DNA of 64,000 nucleotides from NCBI GenBank assembly GCA_048939995.1, contig JBHLOY010000001.1:256001-320000 (forward strand), in the 5' to 3' direction. Each line of letters begins with the position of its first letter. The first letter of the stretch is position 1. Both the position numbers and the translations under genes were made by a program. Below are positions 50,507 through 60,536 of the stretch, in pieces. The notes beneath the pieces are model-generated. The model ran no database searches. It was not told the origin of the DNA and saw only the letters and a program-made list of their open reading frames with translations. Source of the stretch: Promethearchaeota archaeon. GTDB taxonomy: Archaea; Asgardarchaeota; Lokiarchaeia; Sigyniarchaeales; SOKP01.

Positions 50507-51688
50507 ATGTTAAAAACAAACTTATTTTATACAAAGCTTGGAGGATTTGTTAAAAATCAAAATCCAGAACTAACTACATTTATCCATGCTAGTGATCTAC
50601 ATTTAGGAAGCCATCAATATAGGAATGACTTTCGTGCAGATGATTTTATTAAAGCTTTCCAACAAATTTTAGAAATTTCTATATCAAGTCAATCTGATTT
50701 TATTATACTAGGTGGAGATGTATTTACTTCACTAGAAATGCTTCCAGGAAAACTAGTTAAGATTATTGATATATTAAAAGAGTTTAAAGTCTATACTAAT
50801 GAATCTATCCCAATTATTGCAATAGAAGGAAATCATGATATTCGTCGGTTTTCAAGAGGAGTGAAATTCTCTCAACGCGGACAATCGTGGTTAAAACTTT
50901 TATCTAGTCTTGGTTTAGTAATACTCCTTGATGGAGATTTAGATGCCCCACCATCTTCAGTTTACTTACCATATGACTATTACTTTAAAAAAGGGGGAAA
51001 AATTAGAAGGAAAAATGTAATTATCTATGGGAATCATTATATTGGTGAGAACCCAGAAGACTATATTCAGAAAATAGGAGAGGCTATAGAGAAAGAAAAA
51101 GATTCATTTTGTGTTCTTCTACAACACTTTGGTATTGCTGGTCAGATGGAACATGTGCCTGGTATCAAATTGAATAAATTATACCCATTGAGAGAAAAAG
51201 TGGATTATTTAGCATTAGGTCATTATCATTTACAATTTATATTGGATAATTGGATTTATAATCCCGGTTCTTCAGAAGCAGTCTGTTCAATTGATTCCAA
51301 ATTTAAGCGTGGAATTTTTATTGTAAAAATAAAGGGGAATGAACATTTTATAAAAGAGGTTTATCCCATTAAACTCCTTAATAGGAACCATATCTGGAAA
51401 ACAATCCATCTCCCTCATCCTTTTAAAAATAAGAGTGAATTGATAAATTTTATCATAAATAAACTTAAGTCTGAGTTGAGTTATTTAGATAACAATCATA
51501 ATAATCTTTCAAATCCTAAGGTACCTATACTATATCTTGTATTAAAGGGTAAAAAACCCTTATTACGCAGATTCAATGAAAAAGAACTTAAAACAGAATT
51601 ATTAAAAATACTTCCAATTGTAGAGGCTAGGATTTATCAGAAGTATAGTGAATATACCAAAAGTCTAAATCAATATCTTTATCTCTAA
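50507..51688 (+). CDS. Mre11/SbcD-like metallophosphoesterase nuclease
   Basis: SDLHLG, GGDVF, EGNHD, ALGHYH, NPGS. Confidence 0.88.
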   Translation: MLKTNLFYTKLGGFVKNQNPELTTFIHASDLHLGSHQYRNDFRADDFIKAFQQILEISISSQSDFIILGGDVFTSLEMLPGKLVKIIDILKEFKVYTNESIPIIAIEGNHDIRRFSRGVKFSQRGQSWLKLLSSLGLVILLDGDLDAPPSSVYLPYDYYFKKGGKIRRKNVIIYGNHYIGENPEDYIQKIGEAIEKEKDSFCVLLQHFGIAGQMEHVPGIKLNKLYPLREKVDYLALGHYHLQFILDNWIYNPGSSEAVCSIDSKFKRGIFIVKIKGNEHFIKEVYPIKLLNRNHIWKTIHLPHPFKNKSELINFIINKLKSELSYLDNNHNNLSNPKVPILYLVLKGKKPLLRRFNEKELKTELLKILPIVEARIYQKYSEYTKSLNQYLYL

Positions 51689-51732
51689 TTTTAGTAATAG
51701 CTTTTTAAACTTAAACGATTAAAAATATAATT

Positions 51733-53331
51733 ATGAATTTAAAAATCTATATAAAGAAAAACAAAATGTTTAGCATCCTAACCTTACTTTTTATTACTTG
51801 GGTCATATTTCTGATAATTTTAGCCATCAGAAATCAAAAAGTGGTTATATTCTGGGAAAATATATCCAATACGGATGTTTCTTCCGATTATATGATTATA
51901 TTACCATTACTAAGATATATTTTAGAACCGATTGCACAATTGTCATTTACTTTAGAAATGGAATTCACTTGGATGTTTCTCTTTTTCATATCCTATCCTA
52001 TCCTTCGTATTCTTTATTTAGTATTAAGAAAGAAAGGGAGATTTCAATCTCAAAAGTATAAATTATTAGCAATTCCACTAACAGATATTTTAACATTCTC
52101 TTTTAAAATTTTAACAACCGCAATATTCATAATTGGGGTAATAATGCTATTTGGTTATTTAATTCAGGGATATTTTTTTGTTAGTAGATACTTTATGATA
52201 CCAGTTCAAATTGGAGTGCATTTATGTATTATCCTTATTGTTATTAAGACTTTTTATGTTTTACTTAAATTAATTCATCCTAAACTACAATTTCGTTACT
52301 CTAGAAAGAAGAGTGTTGGTAAAAAGAATATTAGATTAAGAAATGTTAAGAAAGAGGTTATATATTTAATTGGGATTGGCTCAATCCTTTTAGGGACCAA
52401 TATTGTACTCATTTCATTCCCATTTCCCACTCAAATAATATCAACTCCACTTGAAAATGATGAATTTCTCTTTGATTTTCATGTTCACACAATTTATTCT
52501 GATGGTTGGCTCACTCCTGAAGAGAGAGTGTTATGGTATATCCAGCAAGGAATTTCGGGAGCAGCGTTTTCAGATCATGATAATATCAGGGGCGCTTTAG
52601 CAGCTCAAAATTTTGTCGAAGAGAATGGACTTAACTTTTTAGTCTTAATGGCCGAAGAATGGACCGATAATGGTAATGATATTCATATGAACTATTATGG
52701 TATAGCAGAAGAATTGATGCCTCTTCAATATTATACTCCCGGAGGACCTTTAGCACTAAACATTACAGACACAATAAATTATGTGAAAAGTCAAGGAGGA
52801 TATATCGTAGTAAATCATTATAATTTTGACCCGAATCCCAATGGAGGGTACGGTGTTCCCTATAATTTGACTCAGTTACGCGATTGGGGTGTGGATGGCT
52901 TTGAAATTATTAATGGCGGTAGTTACGGGGGAAAGTATCAACAAGTAAGAGACTTTTGTATCCTAAATAATTTAACTTGTATTGGAGGTAGTGATATTCA
53001 TACCAATGAACCATTAAATACATTTGTTAAGATTAAACTAGCTGATCCTTCAAATTTAACAATCGCAAATATTTTCGAAACTTTGAAAAACAATACGAAT
53101 CATGAAGTTATCGCTATTGAGTTAAATCCAAAATTAGTTGATTTCTCTAATGACTTAAATGATTTTGGGTTCTATATATTTGAAGAGTTCATCAATTATT
53201 TTCTAAATATGAATACATATCAGAGTATTTCGTGGATATGTTGGTCTGGGAGTATATATCTAATAATATTCCTCCTTTATAGAAAAATTAAAAAAGTAGA
53301 TTTAAGCCTATTACAACGGAAAATTAACTAA
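51733..53331 (+). CDS. Polytopic membrane protein with a PHP phosphoesterase domain
   Basis: DFHVHTIYSDG, SDHD, AEEW, VNH, GFEIIN, GGSDIH flanked by TM helices. Confidence 0.85.
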   Translation: MNLKIYIKKNKMFSILTLLFITWVIFLIILAIRNQKVVIFWENISNTDVSSDYMIILPLLRYILEPIAQLSFTLEMEFTWMFLFFISYPILRILYLVLRKKGRFQSQKYKLLAIPLTDILTFSFKILTTAIFIIGVIMLFGYLIQGYFFVSRYFMIPVQIGVHLCIILIVIKTFYVLLKLIHPKLQFRYSRKKSVGKKNIRLRNVKKEVIYLIGIGSILLGTNIVLISFPFPTQIISTPLENDEFLFDFHVHTIYSDGWLTPEERVLWYIQQGISGAAFSDHDNIRGALAAQNFVEENGLNFLVLMAEEWTDNGNDIHMNYYGIAEELMPLQYYTPGGPLALNITDTINYVKSQGGYIVVNHYNFDPNPNGGYGVPYNLTQLRDWGVDGFEIINGGSYGGKYQQVRDFCILNNLTCIGGSDIHTNEPLNTFVKIKLADPSNLTIANIFETLKNNTNHEVIAIELNPKLVDFSNDLNDFGFYIFEEFINYFLNMNTYQSISWICWSGSIYLIIFLLYRKIKKVDLSLLQRKIN

Positions 53332-53353
53332 AAACTATTTTACAACTTTTATT

Positions 53354-53809
53354 TTAAATGTAATAAAAAGATTTGTCATCATCGTATCTATCCTTTTCAT
53401 CATCTTTATCTTCGTCATCATCATTCAGAAATTTTTTTGAAAGAAATTTCAAAATCTCTTCTGGATCCATATCGGGATCAAAATCTTTAAGATCATTTAG
53501 ATTGATAGGGATAATCCCTCCATTCTTAAATGGAATAGCTTTCGCTTTAATTTCTCTTTCTATTTTTTCTTGTCTTCTAGCATTTAACGTTAATTCTTTT
53601 TTCATAAGCTCTCTTAATTGATCCGCGACTAGTTCATCCAATTCTTCTGGTGTTAAGTTCAGAAGCATTTCTACTCCATATAGTTTAGTAAGCTTTTTTA
53701 AAGCTTTTTCTTTCTTTGATTCTGGTATTTGTTTAATTGATTTTAAACCTAGAATTGTTATAATATTTAACCAATCTAATTGATGAGTCCAAGTTTCTTC
53801 TTCTGACAT
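53354..53809 (-). CDS. Hypothetical protein with acidic C-terminus
   Basis: 151-aa ORF with typical codon use; Asp-rich tail. Confidence 0.7.
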   Translation of the reverse strand: MSEEETWTHQLDWLNIITILGLKSIKQIPESKKEKALKKLTKLYGVEMLLNLTPEELDELVADQLRELMKKELTLNARRQEKIEREIKAKAIPFKNGGIIPINLNDLKDFDPDMDPEEILKFLSKKFLNDDDEDKDDEKDRYDDDKSFYYI

Positions 53810-53974
53810 TTTTTCATAAAAAATTAGTTTTCAAATTTTAAAATTTTGGATACTTGTTAAATGTTTATCTTTTTGTTTATAAAGACAGTTTATTGATATA
53901 AATTTATGGTTTGTAATCTATTAAAGTTTTACATACTTTGATTTCAATGTTTAAAAGAAAGATTTTAATAGATT

Positions 53975-54826
53975 TTAGTTTTTAAAAAACATTTTAAAAT
54001 TTGAGATTATAATTTCTGGTTGATCATGAATAACCCAATGAGATGAATTTTCTACTCGAATAATTTTTAAATCTTCTACATATTCCGATAATCCATCCAG
54101 ATTTTGGGGTAAAACTGCAGTATCTTGCATTCCATGAATCACTAGTGTGGGGACTTTTATAATGCCTGTCCATTTATCGAAATTAAAATTTGCTCTATAA
54201 TAATTTACACCACTTATTATTGCATTCGGTTGAGACCACGCTTCTATATATTTTTCTTTGGTAAATTCATCAAAAGCACTTTTATTCTTTGCAGCTCTAA
54301 AAACTGCTGCTTTTAACGCCTTAAAATTATCGACAATTACAAATTTCTCTCCTTGGGGTTTTTGAAACTCAAAAATGTAAAAACTAGCTTTTTGCTGTTG
54401 CTTATCAGTTCTTAACTTATGTTGAAATATCTTAGGGTGAGGTCCATTCAAAATAGCTAACTTTTTAACCTTTTCAGGGTACTTTTCTGCGAAAACCCAA
54501 GCAACAACAGCTCCCCAATCATGAGCTCCTAAGTAAATTTGCTTCAAATTAAGTTCATCAATTAAGCCTTTTAGATCTTCTATTAAAATCTCAATTAGAT
54601 AATTTTCCTTTCCTTGAGGCTTATCTGATAAATTATAACCTCTCATATCAGGGATTATTAATCTGTAGGATTTTTTAAGTTCCGGAATGATTGGAGCCCA
54701 TCCAAACCAAAAATCAGGAAAACCGTGAAGTAAAACCAAAGGTTCACCAGACCCAATAATCACGGTATGCAACTTAACTCCATTGGTTGTGATGAATTTG
54801 GTTTCAATTTCATTTATCCAGTCCAT
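53975..54826 (-). CDS. Alpha/beta hydrolase, epoxide-hydrolase-like
   Basis: LLHGFP, DMRGYN, HDWG Asp nucleophile, NYYRA, HW. Confidence 0.9.
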   Translation of the reverse strand: MDWINEIETKFITTNGVKLHTVIIGSGEPLVLLHGFPDFWFGWAPIIPELKKSYRLIIPDMRGYNLSDKPQGKENYLIEILIEDLKGLIDELNLKQIYLGAHDWGAVVAWVFAEKYPEKVKKLAILNGPHPKIFQHKLRTDKQQQKASFYIFEFQKPQGEKFVIVDNFKALKAAVFRAAKNKSAFDEFTKEKYIEAWSQPNAIISGVNYYRANFNFDKWTGIIKVPTLVIHGMQDTAVLPQNLDGLSEYVEDLKIIRVENSSHWVIHDQPEIIISNFKMFFKN

Positions 54827-55069
54827 TTTTTATCACCGATAGTTAATTTTATTGAATCTTCCTTTTATCTAAAAATTATCTGGCTATAATTCAAAAGTTA
54901 TAGGAAAAAGGATAAATTTTCCTAAAATATAGACTTTCTAGGAAGAAAAACACATAGTATTAACCAAGGAATAATCTATTTGATGATAATAAATAATGAT
55001 TTTGAATAATTTAGTTTAAATAGGGAAAAGAAACAGTAAAATAATTTCAACAAAAAAAATTATACATAC

Positions 55070-55279
55070 CTATTCAAAATAATTTCTGAATGATTCCTCA
55101 AAATCATCAACAGATTCACTATTCAGTTCAGCAAATTTATAACGACCATGTGGTAGTTTTTCCTTTTTATTAAAGTGTTTCTTAAGAGAACTCTCAAAAT
55201 CACTTGCACTCATACTTTTTTGTTCAGCAAATTTGATTTCACCAAAATGTTTCAGATATTCAGGATCTGGTTCACTCAT
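55070..55279 (-). CDS. Small hypothetical protein with internal duplication
   Basis: AGTGA SD before ATG; two KFAE..S.S..DFE.S....F repeats. Confidence 0.65.
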   Translation of the reverse strand: MSEPDPEYLKHFGEIKFAEQKSMSASDFESSLKKHFNKKEKLPHGRYKFAELNSESVDDFEESFRNYFE

Positions 55280-55738
55280 TTTTTTATCACTATATAGTTT
55301 TGTTCAAATGTTTGTTTAATCAAATAAATGTTAACATAAATAAATCCAATTCAACTATTTAAATATTTTCATACAAATAAACCTATGAAAAAATTTTATT
55401 CGGAAAAGATTCCCACTTGTCTTACATTGAACTTTTTAGGAATCTTGTTAGGTTTTTTAATTTTTGATAAAATCACTTTCCCTTCTCCAATGATAAGATC
55501 AATTTCGACAAAAATCTTTGGTTTATCATGATAAATTCATTTCGAATTTGGAAGATTTTACAGATTTTGATAGCAAAAAATTTTATACTTTAGCAAAATC
55601 TATTATCCATTTCTGTTAATTTATTGACAAAATTAATAATCGATAGGATAGCCCAAAAATCATAAATATCAGAGAATAAATTTATTATAGAAAAATTTAC
55701 AATTTTAAGTATTTTTATAAAAAAAATTTGCCAGGAAT

Positions 55739-56695
55739 ATGAATAGGAAAATAGAAAATAAGATATTTTTAAATTATTTATTGCAGTCTCTAAACTTAGA
55801 TGAGTTAAAACAAATTTGTCGAGATTACAAGATAAAAGGTTTTTCAAAATGGAAAAAAACTGAATTAGTTGAGAATCTATTAAGCTTTTTATCCGATGAA
55901 GAAATAGAATCCATTATAAAAGAAAAAGAAACGGAAATTGTATCAAATTCGATAAAAGATGCAATAAAAATGATTAAAGGTGAGGGCAGAGAAAAATTAA
56001 GGGAAATTAGAATAGTAAATGAAGAAGAGCATGTAGTTGAATTAGATTTTAAGGGCTTTAACTGGGAGACTTCTTCTTATCTGGCTATTAATCCTCAGAA
56101 TATTAATAACCCTGAAAGAGATTGTGATTGTCGCATTGGGAGTAACATGGGACTGTGTAGTCATTTTTGGGTAGGTTTTATTTTATCTCTAAAACATAAT
56201 TATTTTGCTTTATCAGATTGGAATCTAACTTTATTGCCAAGTAACTTTAAAGAAATGATAGAATCAATAGAAATTTCAACGTTATCAACACAAAAAGGTA
56301 AAGATCAAACTGTAACATTAATAGATTCTGAATCAGATCGTGTGGAATATATGAAGCATTTGGATAAAAGTATTACAATTTATGAAGGAGAGATCTCAAA
56401 GATCGATAAGAAAGTACAACAATTCCAAGATATTGAAACTATATATTATTTGGTCTCCTTAACCAATGTTAGATTTGGTCCAAGAGTCAAGAGAAAAAGT
56501 GATTTTAAAGAAGAAGATATTGAAAATTTAGATGAGTTATATATTCGCTTAAGCGAAAAATTATATGAAGAAAGTCACTTGAATATTGGGGGCAAAATAA
56601 CAGTAAATGGAAAATTAACGAGGGATGACTTCCTTAGGCTGTATATATTGAAAAACATCAGAAAAATTACGAAAATTAATCCCCAAAAAGATTAA
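55739..56695 (+). CDS. HeH/SAP-like + SWIM zinc finger + probable OB-fold protein
   Basis: L..LNLDELKQIC....IKGFSKWKKTELV; CDC-x8-CSH; C-terminal L.IG.KITVNGKL. Confidence 0.7.
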   Translation: MNRKIENKIFLNYLLQSLNLDELKQICRDYKIKGFSKWKKTELVENLLSFLSDEEIESIIKEKETEIVSNSIKDAIKMIKGEGREKLREIRIVNEEEHVVELDFKGFNWETSSYLAINPQNINNPERDCDCRIGSNMGLCSHFWVGFILSLKHNYFALSDWNLTLLPSNFKEMIESIEISTLSTQKGKDQTVTLIDSESDRVEYMKHLDKSITIYEGEISKIDKKVQQFQDIETIYYLVSLTNVRFGPRVKRKSDFKEEDIENLDELYIRLSEKLYEESHLNIGGKITVNGKLTRDDFLRLYILKNIRKITKINPQKD

Positions 56696-56758
56696 TAATC
56701 TCTGACTAATATATACTAAAGATTCGATAATAATTTTACTAATTTTGTTGTAGGATAT

Positions 56759-58138
56759 ATGAATAATGTAAAATCTGGTTTTATTGATGATTTCAATATG
56801 ATTTTATCAACGGATTTCTATCAATTAACGATGAGTGCGGCTTATTATCAGTATAATCTTGAAAATAAAATTAATGAGAATGATGAAAATGCCACTTTTG
56901 AATTATTTATACGACACTATCCTAAGAATCGAAATTATTTTGTTTTTGCTGGCTTAGAACAAGTAATTCACTATTTATCAAATGCAAGATTTATAGAACG
57001 CACGATAAACTTTTTGAAAGAAAAAGATGTGTTTAAAAATATCGATTCAAGTTTTTTCAGTGATTATCTACCCAATTTTAGATTTAAACTTAATGTATGG
57101 GCATTAAGAGAAGGCCAGTTTTTCTTCCCAAATGAACCAATTGTTCGTGTTCAAGGCCCAATTATTCATACTCAATTAGCTGAGACATATTTATTGAATG
57201 TCATCAATTATCAAACATTAGTTGCTTCCAAAGCATCGAGAATAAGAAATATTGCCCCTAATAAAATTCTCCTTGAATTTGGGACCAGAAGATCCCATAG
57301 CCCACTAGCTGGAGTCTATGCTGCTAGAGCAAGCTATATTGCTGGTTTCAATGGTACTAGCAATGTAATCGCAGATCTAGAATTAGGAATTCATTCTACT
57401 GGAACAATGGCTCATAGTTTCGTTCAGAGGTTTGATAACGAGAACGAAAGTTTTAATTTATATTGCAAACTCTATGAAAAAGACTCAATCTTGTTAATTG
57501 ATACGTATGATACTGAAAAAGGAGCAGAACAATCAGTTAAATATGGAAATATTATAAGGGGAGTTAGAATAGATTCTGGTGATCTTATTGACCATTCTAG
57601 AAAAGTTAGGAAAATTTTAGATATTCATGGTTATAATGATGTTATAATAGTAGCAAGTTCAGATTTAAATGAATATAAAATTAAAGAAATTATTGAAAAA
57701 GATGCACCTATTGATGCTTTTGGAGTAGGCACTGAATTAGCAACTTCTAGTGATGACCCAACAATCTCAGGAGTATATAAATTAATTGAGTATGATGGAA
57801 AACCAAGAATTAAAATTAGTGAAGAAAAGCTCACTTATCCAGGAATTAAACAAATTTTTAGGTTTTATGACGAAGAAGGAATGTTTAGACAAGATGTCTT
57901 AGCTTTAGAAACAGAAAAATTTTCTTCTGATTCAGAGCCATTATTAGTCCCAATTATGGAAAAAGGGGAAATAGTTTGTAAACTCCCCTTTTTAGATGAA
58001 ATTCGTCAATATTACTTAAAAAATATTGAAAAATTACCAACTAAATATAAAGAACTTAATGAAAATCATGTTTTTGAATTAAAAATCTCTGATGAACTAA
58101 AAACATTGACAAATTCATTAAAAGCAAAATATAAGTAA
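56759..58138 (+). CDS. pncB: Nicotinate phosphoribosyltransferase
   Basis: TDFYQLTM, EFGTRR, GTSNV, GTMAHS, LIDTYD, GVRIDSGD, FGVGT. Confidence 0.95.
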   Translation: MNNVKSGFIDDFNMILSTDFYQLTMSAAYYQYNLENKINENDENATFELFIRHYPKNRNYFVFAGLEQVIHYLSNARFIERTINFLKEKDVFKNIDSSFFSDYLPNFRFKLNVWALREGQFFFPNEPIVRVQGPIIHTQLAETYLLNVINYQTLVASKASRIRNIAPNKILLEFGTRRSHSPLAGVYAARASYIAGFNGTSNVIADLELGIHSTGTMAHSFVQRFDNENESFNLYCKLYEKDSILLIDTYDTEKGAEQSVKYGNIIRGVRIDSGDLIDHSRKVRKILDIHGYNDVIIVASSDLNEYKIKEIIEKDAPIDAFGVGTELATSSDDPTISGVYKLIEYDGKPRIKISEEKLTYPGIKQIFRFYDEEGMFRQDVLALETEKFSSDSEPLLVPIMEKGEIVCKLPFLDEIRQYYLKNIEKLPTKYKELNENHVFELKISDELKTLTNSLKAKYK

Positions 58139-58183
58139 TATTAGGGTAATTGAATAATTAACAAAATTCAATATTAAAACTTT

Positions 58184-58486
58184 TTGAGGTTAGAAAATTT
58201 GACCGAAAATCCAAAATTGGGTTACAGAATCATCGGTACTATAAAAAGTGTTAAAGGCACTTGTTCAGCGGGCCATAAGCCAGGAGATAGTATAGAACTC
58301 AGTGGATATGATTCTGGAGGATTGTGTGGATTTTTTTACCACGATATCTTCCCTTATATTATAATGTTGCAGTTTGGAGGAGCTTTCCCAGCAGACTGGG
58401 AGGGAAATCCTGATATAATCGAGCTTGGATGCATTGACAAAATAAATACGGTTACAATAGAATTGAGAAGAATAATAGAAGATTAA
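58184..58486 (+). CDS. TIGR04076-family Cys-rich protein
   Basis: VKGTC.AGHK.GD, LC..FYH.IFP, GC.D....V..EL.R. Confidence 0.75.
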   Translation: MRLENLTENPKLGYRIIGTIKSVKGTCSAGHKPGDSIELSGYDSGGLCGFFYHDIFPYIIMLQFGGAFPADWEGNPDIIELGCIDKINTVTIELRRIIED

Positions 58487-58632
58487 TTTTTTTTTTTTTG
58501 AATACTAATTTAAAAAATATTTATGTATTAATATTTTATTTGAGTCAAATTTTTATTTCTTCTTTCTGGATGATATCTAATATACGACATAATATTTTTG
58601 TATAAATAAGACTTAAGGAGTGAGGTAACCAT

Positions 58633-58806
58633 ATGGAGAATGAATCAAATTTACCTCCAAATCTGCATATTCTTTCTTGTCCTTTCTTAAATAGTTGTAG
58701 CCTCCCAAAATCTCAAAATGTATGTAATTTTCCTGAATATAAAATATGTCCAGATTATCAATCTAAATTAAATAATTTAAAACATGCTTCAAAAGTATTA
58801 CATTAA
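58633..58806 (+). CDS. Small four-Cys protein (57 aa), not in the ORF track
   Basis: MENESNLPPNLHILSCPFLNSCSLPKSQNVCNFPEYKICPDYQSKLNNLKHASKVLH; GGAGTGAGGT SD and TATA-like TTGTATAAA upstream. Confidence 0.65.
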   Translation: MENESNLPPNLHILSCPFLNSCSLPKSQNVCNFPEYKICPDYQSKLNNLKHASKVLH

Positions 58807-58915
58807 TTAAGTTTTCTCTATCTCTTTCACTTTTGATTTTAGTTTAATTAAATAACAATTTATAATTCAAGTAATATTTCTAGATCTTGATTTTTAGTTA
58901 GGAAATGAATCATAG

Positions 58916-60385
58916 GTGTTAAAATTGCAAGCAAATAATATTGTTGATACCTTCCTTAACCCTAAGTCTGTGGCAGTAATTGGGGCTTCGAAAAATCCAT
59001 TAAAAGGAGGACATCGTATTTTAAAAAATCTTGTTGATAATAATTTCAATGGAAAGCTTTTTCCAGTCAATATTAATTCGACCGGTAAGGTTTTAAATTT
59101 AGAATTTAAGAAGTCTGTTCTTGATATAGAAGATGATTTAGATATTGCTATTTTTTATGTACCAAATCAATCTATTCCGAAATTATTGGAAGAATGCATA
59201 CAAAAAGGTGTAAAAGGAGCAATCATTGAAGCCTCTGGATTTGAAGAGGTTGGAGAAAAAGGAATTGAATTAAGTGAACGGATTATTGATATAACTGCTA
59301 ACTTTTCTAAGATAAGAGTTGTTGGACCTAATTGTATGGGTCTAACAAGAATCGATGAGGACAGTGACAGCGAAAGAAAAAGTGGTCTCTTTACCTCTTT
59401 TTTAGTATTTAATGAATATAAAAGAGGAAATATCGCTGTAATAAGTCAATCTGGTATGCTTAACGGAGGATATTTCACTCACATTGTGACTAAATATCCA
59501 TATATGGGCTTCAGATATATTTGTACCATCGGAAACAAAATGGATTTAAATGAAATAGATTTTTTGGATTACTTCTTAGAAGATCCTGAAATTAATGTTA
59601 TTGCTTTATATCTGGAATCATTTAAAAATTCAAGAAAATTTATTAATTTATGCCAAAAAGCTGAAGGTATACAAAACAAAACTATAATCCTAACTAAAGG
59701 AGGAATAACATCTCAAGGTCAAAAATCAACCTTAAGCCATACAGCCTCGCTGTCAGAAAACTCTAAACTAATTCAAGCTACAATAAAACAATCAGGTATA
59801 ATTCAAGCTCGAACCTTTTACGACTTATTTGAATTTGCCAGAACTTTTTCATGGATGTATAATACTAAGAAGAATTTCCCTAAGAAAGGCGGAATAGCGC
59901 AAATCTTTGGGTCAGGAGGAGCAGGTACTATTTCGGCAGATCTTACAATGCAATATGGTTTAAAACTCCCCTTCCTTAAAGAAAAAACATATTCAGTGCT
60001 TCTCGACTTATTTCCAAAATGGATGCCTCCTAATAAGTTTGCATTTGTAGATATTTGGCCGGCAATGGAAAAGGCAATGACAAATGGGATTAATCCTGGT
60101 GATGTTGTAAGAAAGGTCTACAACGCTTTGTTAGAAGAACCTGAAATAGAAGGTATTTTTAACATGCTCTTTTGCTCTAAACAATTTAGAGTAGTGAATG
60201 ATGTAAATTACTTGATTGATATTATTAATACATACCCTAAACCTGTTTTTCTCTTCTTGGTCGGAGATTATAATGAAGTCCGCTTAATTTCTCAACAATT
60301 AAGCGAGCATAACATACCCAGCTTCTCAAACTTAGAGGATATGGTAAAGAATTTTAGCATTTTACTTAAAAAAAAAGAAAGTTAA
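58916..60385 (+). CDS. ADP-forming acyl-CoA synthetase alpha-subunit-like CoA-binding protein
   Basis: NPKSVAVIGAS, ASGFEE, GPNCMG, SQSG, GNKMD, YLES, SHT phospho-His motif; no ATP-grasp part. Confidence 0.85.
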   Translation: MLKLQANNIVDTFLNPKSVAVIGASKNPLKGGHRILKNLVDNNFNGKLFPVNINSTGKVLNLEFKKSVLDIEDDLDIAIFYVPNQSIPKLLEECIQKGVKGAIIEASGFEEVGEKGIELSERIIDITANFSKIRVVGPNCMGLTRIDEDSDSERKSGLFTSFLVFNEYKRGNIAVISQSGMLNGGYFTHIVTKYPYMGFRYICTIGNKMDLNEIDFLDYFLEDPEINVIALYLESFKNSRKFINLCQKAEGIQNKTIILTKGGITSQGQKSTLSHTASLSENSKLIQATIKQSGIIQARTFYDLFEFARTFSWMYNTKKNFPKKGGIAQIFGSGGAGTISADLTMQYGLKLPFLKEKTYSVLLDLFPKWMPPNKFAFVDIWPAMEKAMTNGINPGDVVRKVYNALLEEPEIEGIFNMLFCSKQFRVVNDVNYLIDIINTYPKPVFLFLVGDYNEVRLISQQLSEHNIPSFSNLEDMVKNFSILLKKKES

Positions 60386-60536
60386 AAGAGATGAATAATA
60401 CTATTAAGAGTATGAACTATTGATAATATTAAATATAGTAAAAGTAGTAAAATGTTTAAATAATTTGAAAACTACATCTTTTTAATTACTTAACTAGTTA
60501 TTTGAATAAAACATTAAAAAAAGGAGTAAAAATAGT

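Noticed and set aside
55422-55580. Minus-strand stop-interrupted fragment ...IFVEIDLIIGEGKVIYQK, reminiscent of an amidohydrolase C-terminus
   Set aside because: Similarity too short and weak to call a pseudogene without a search
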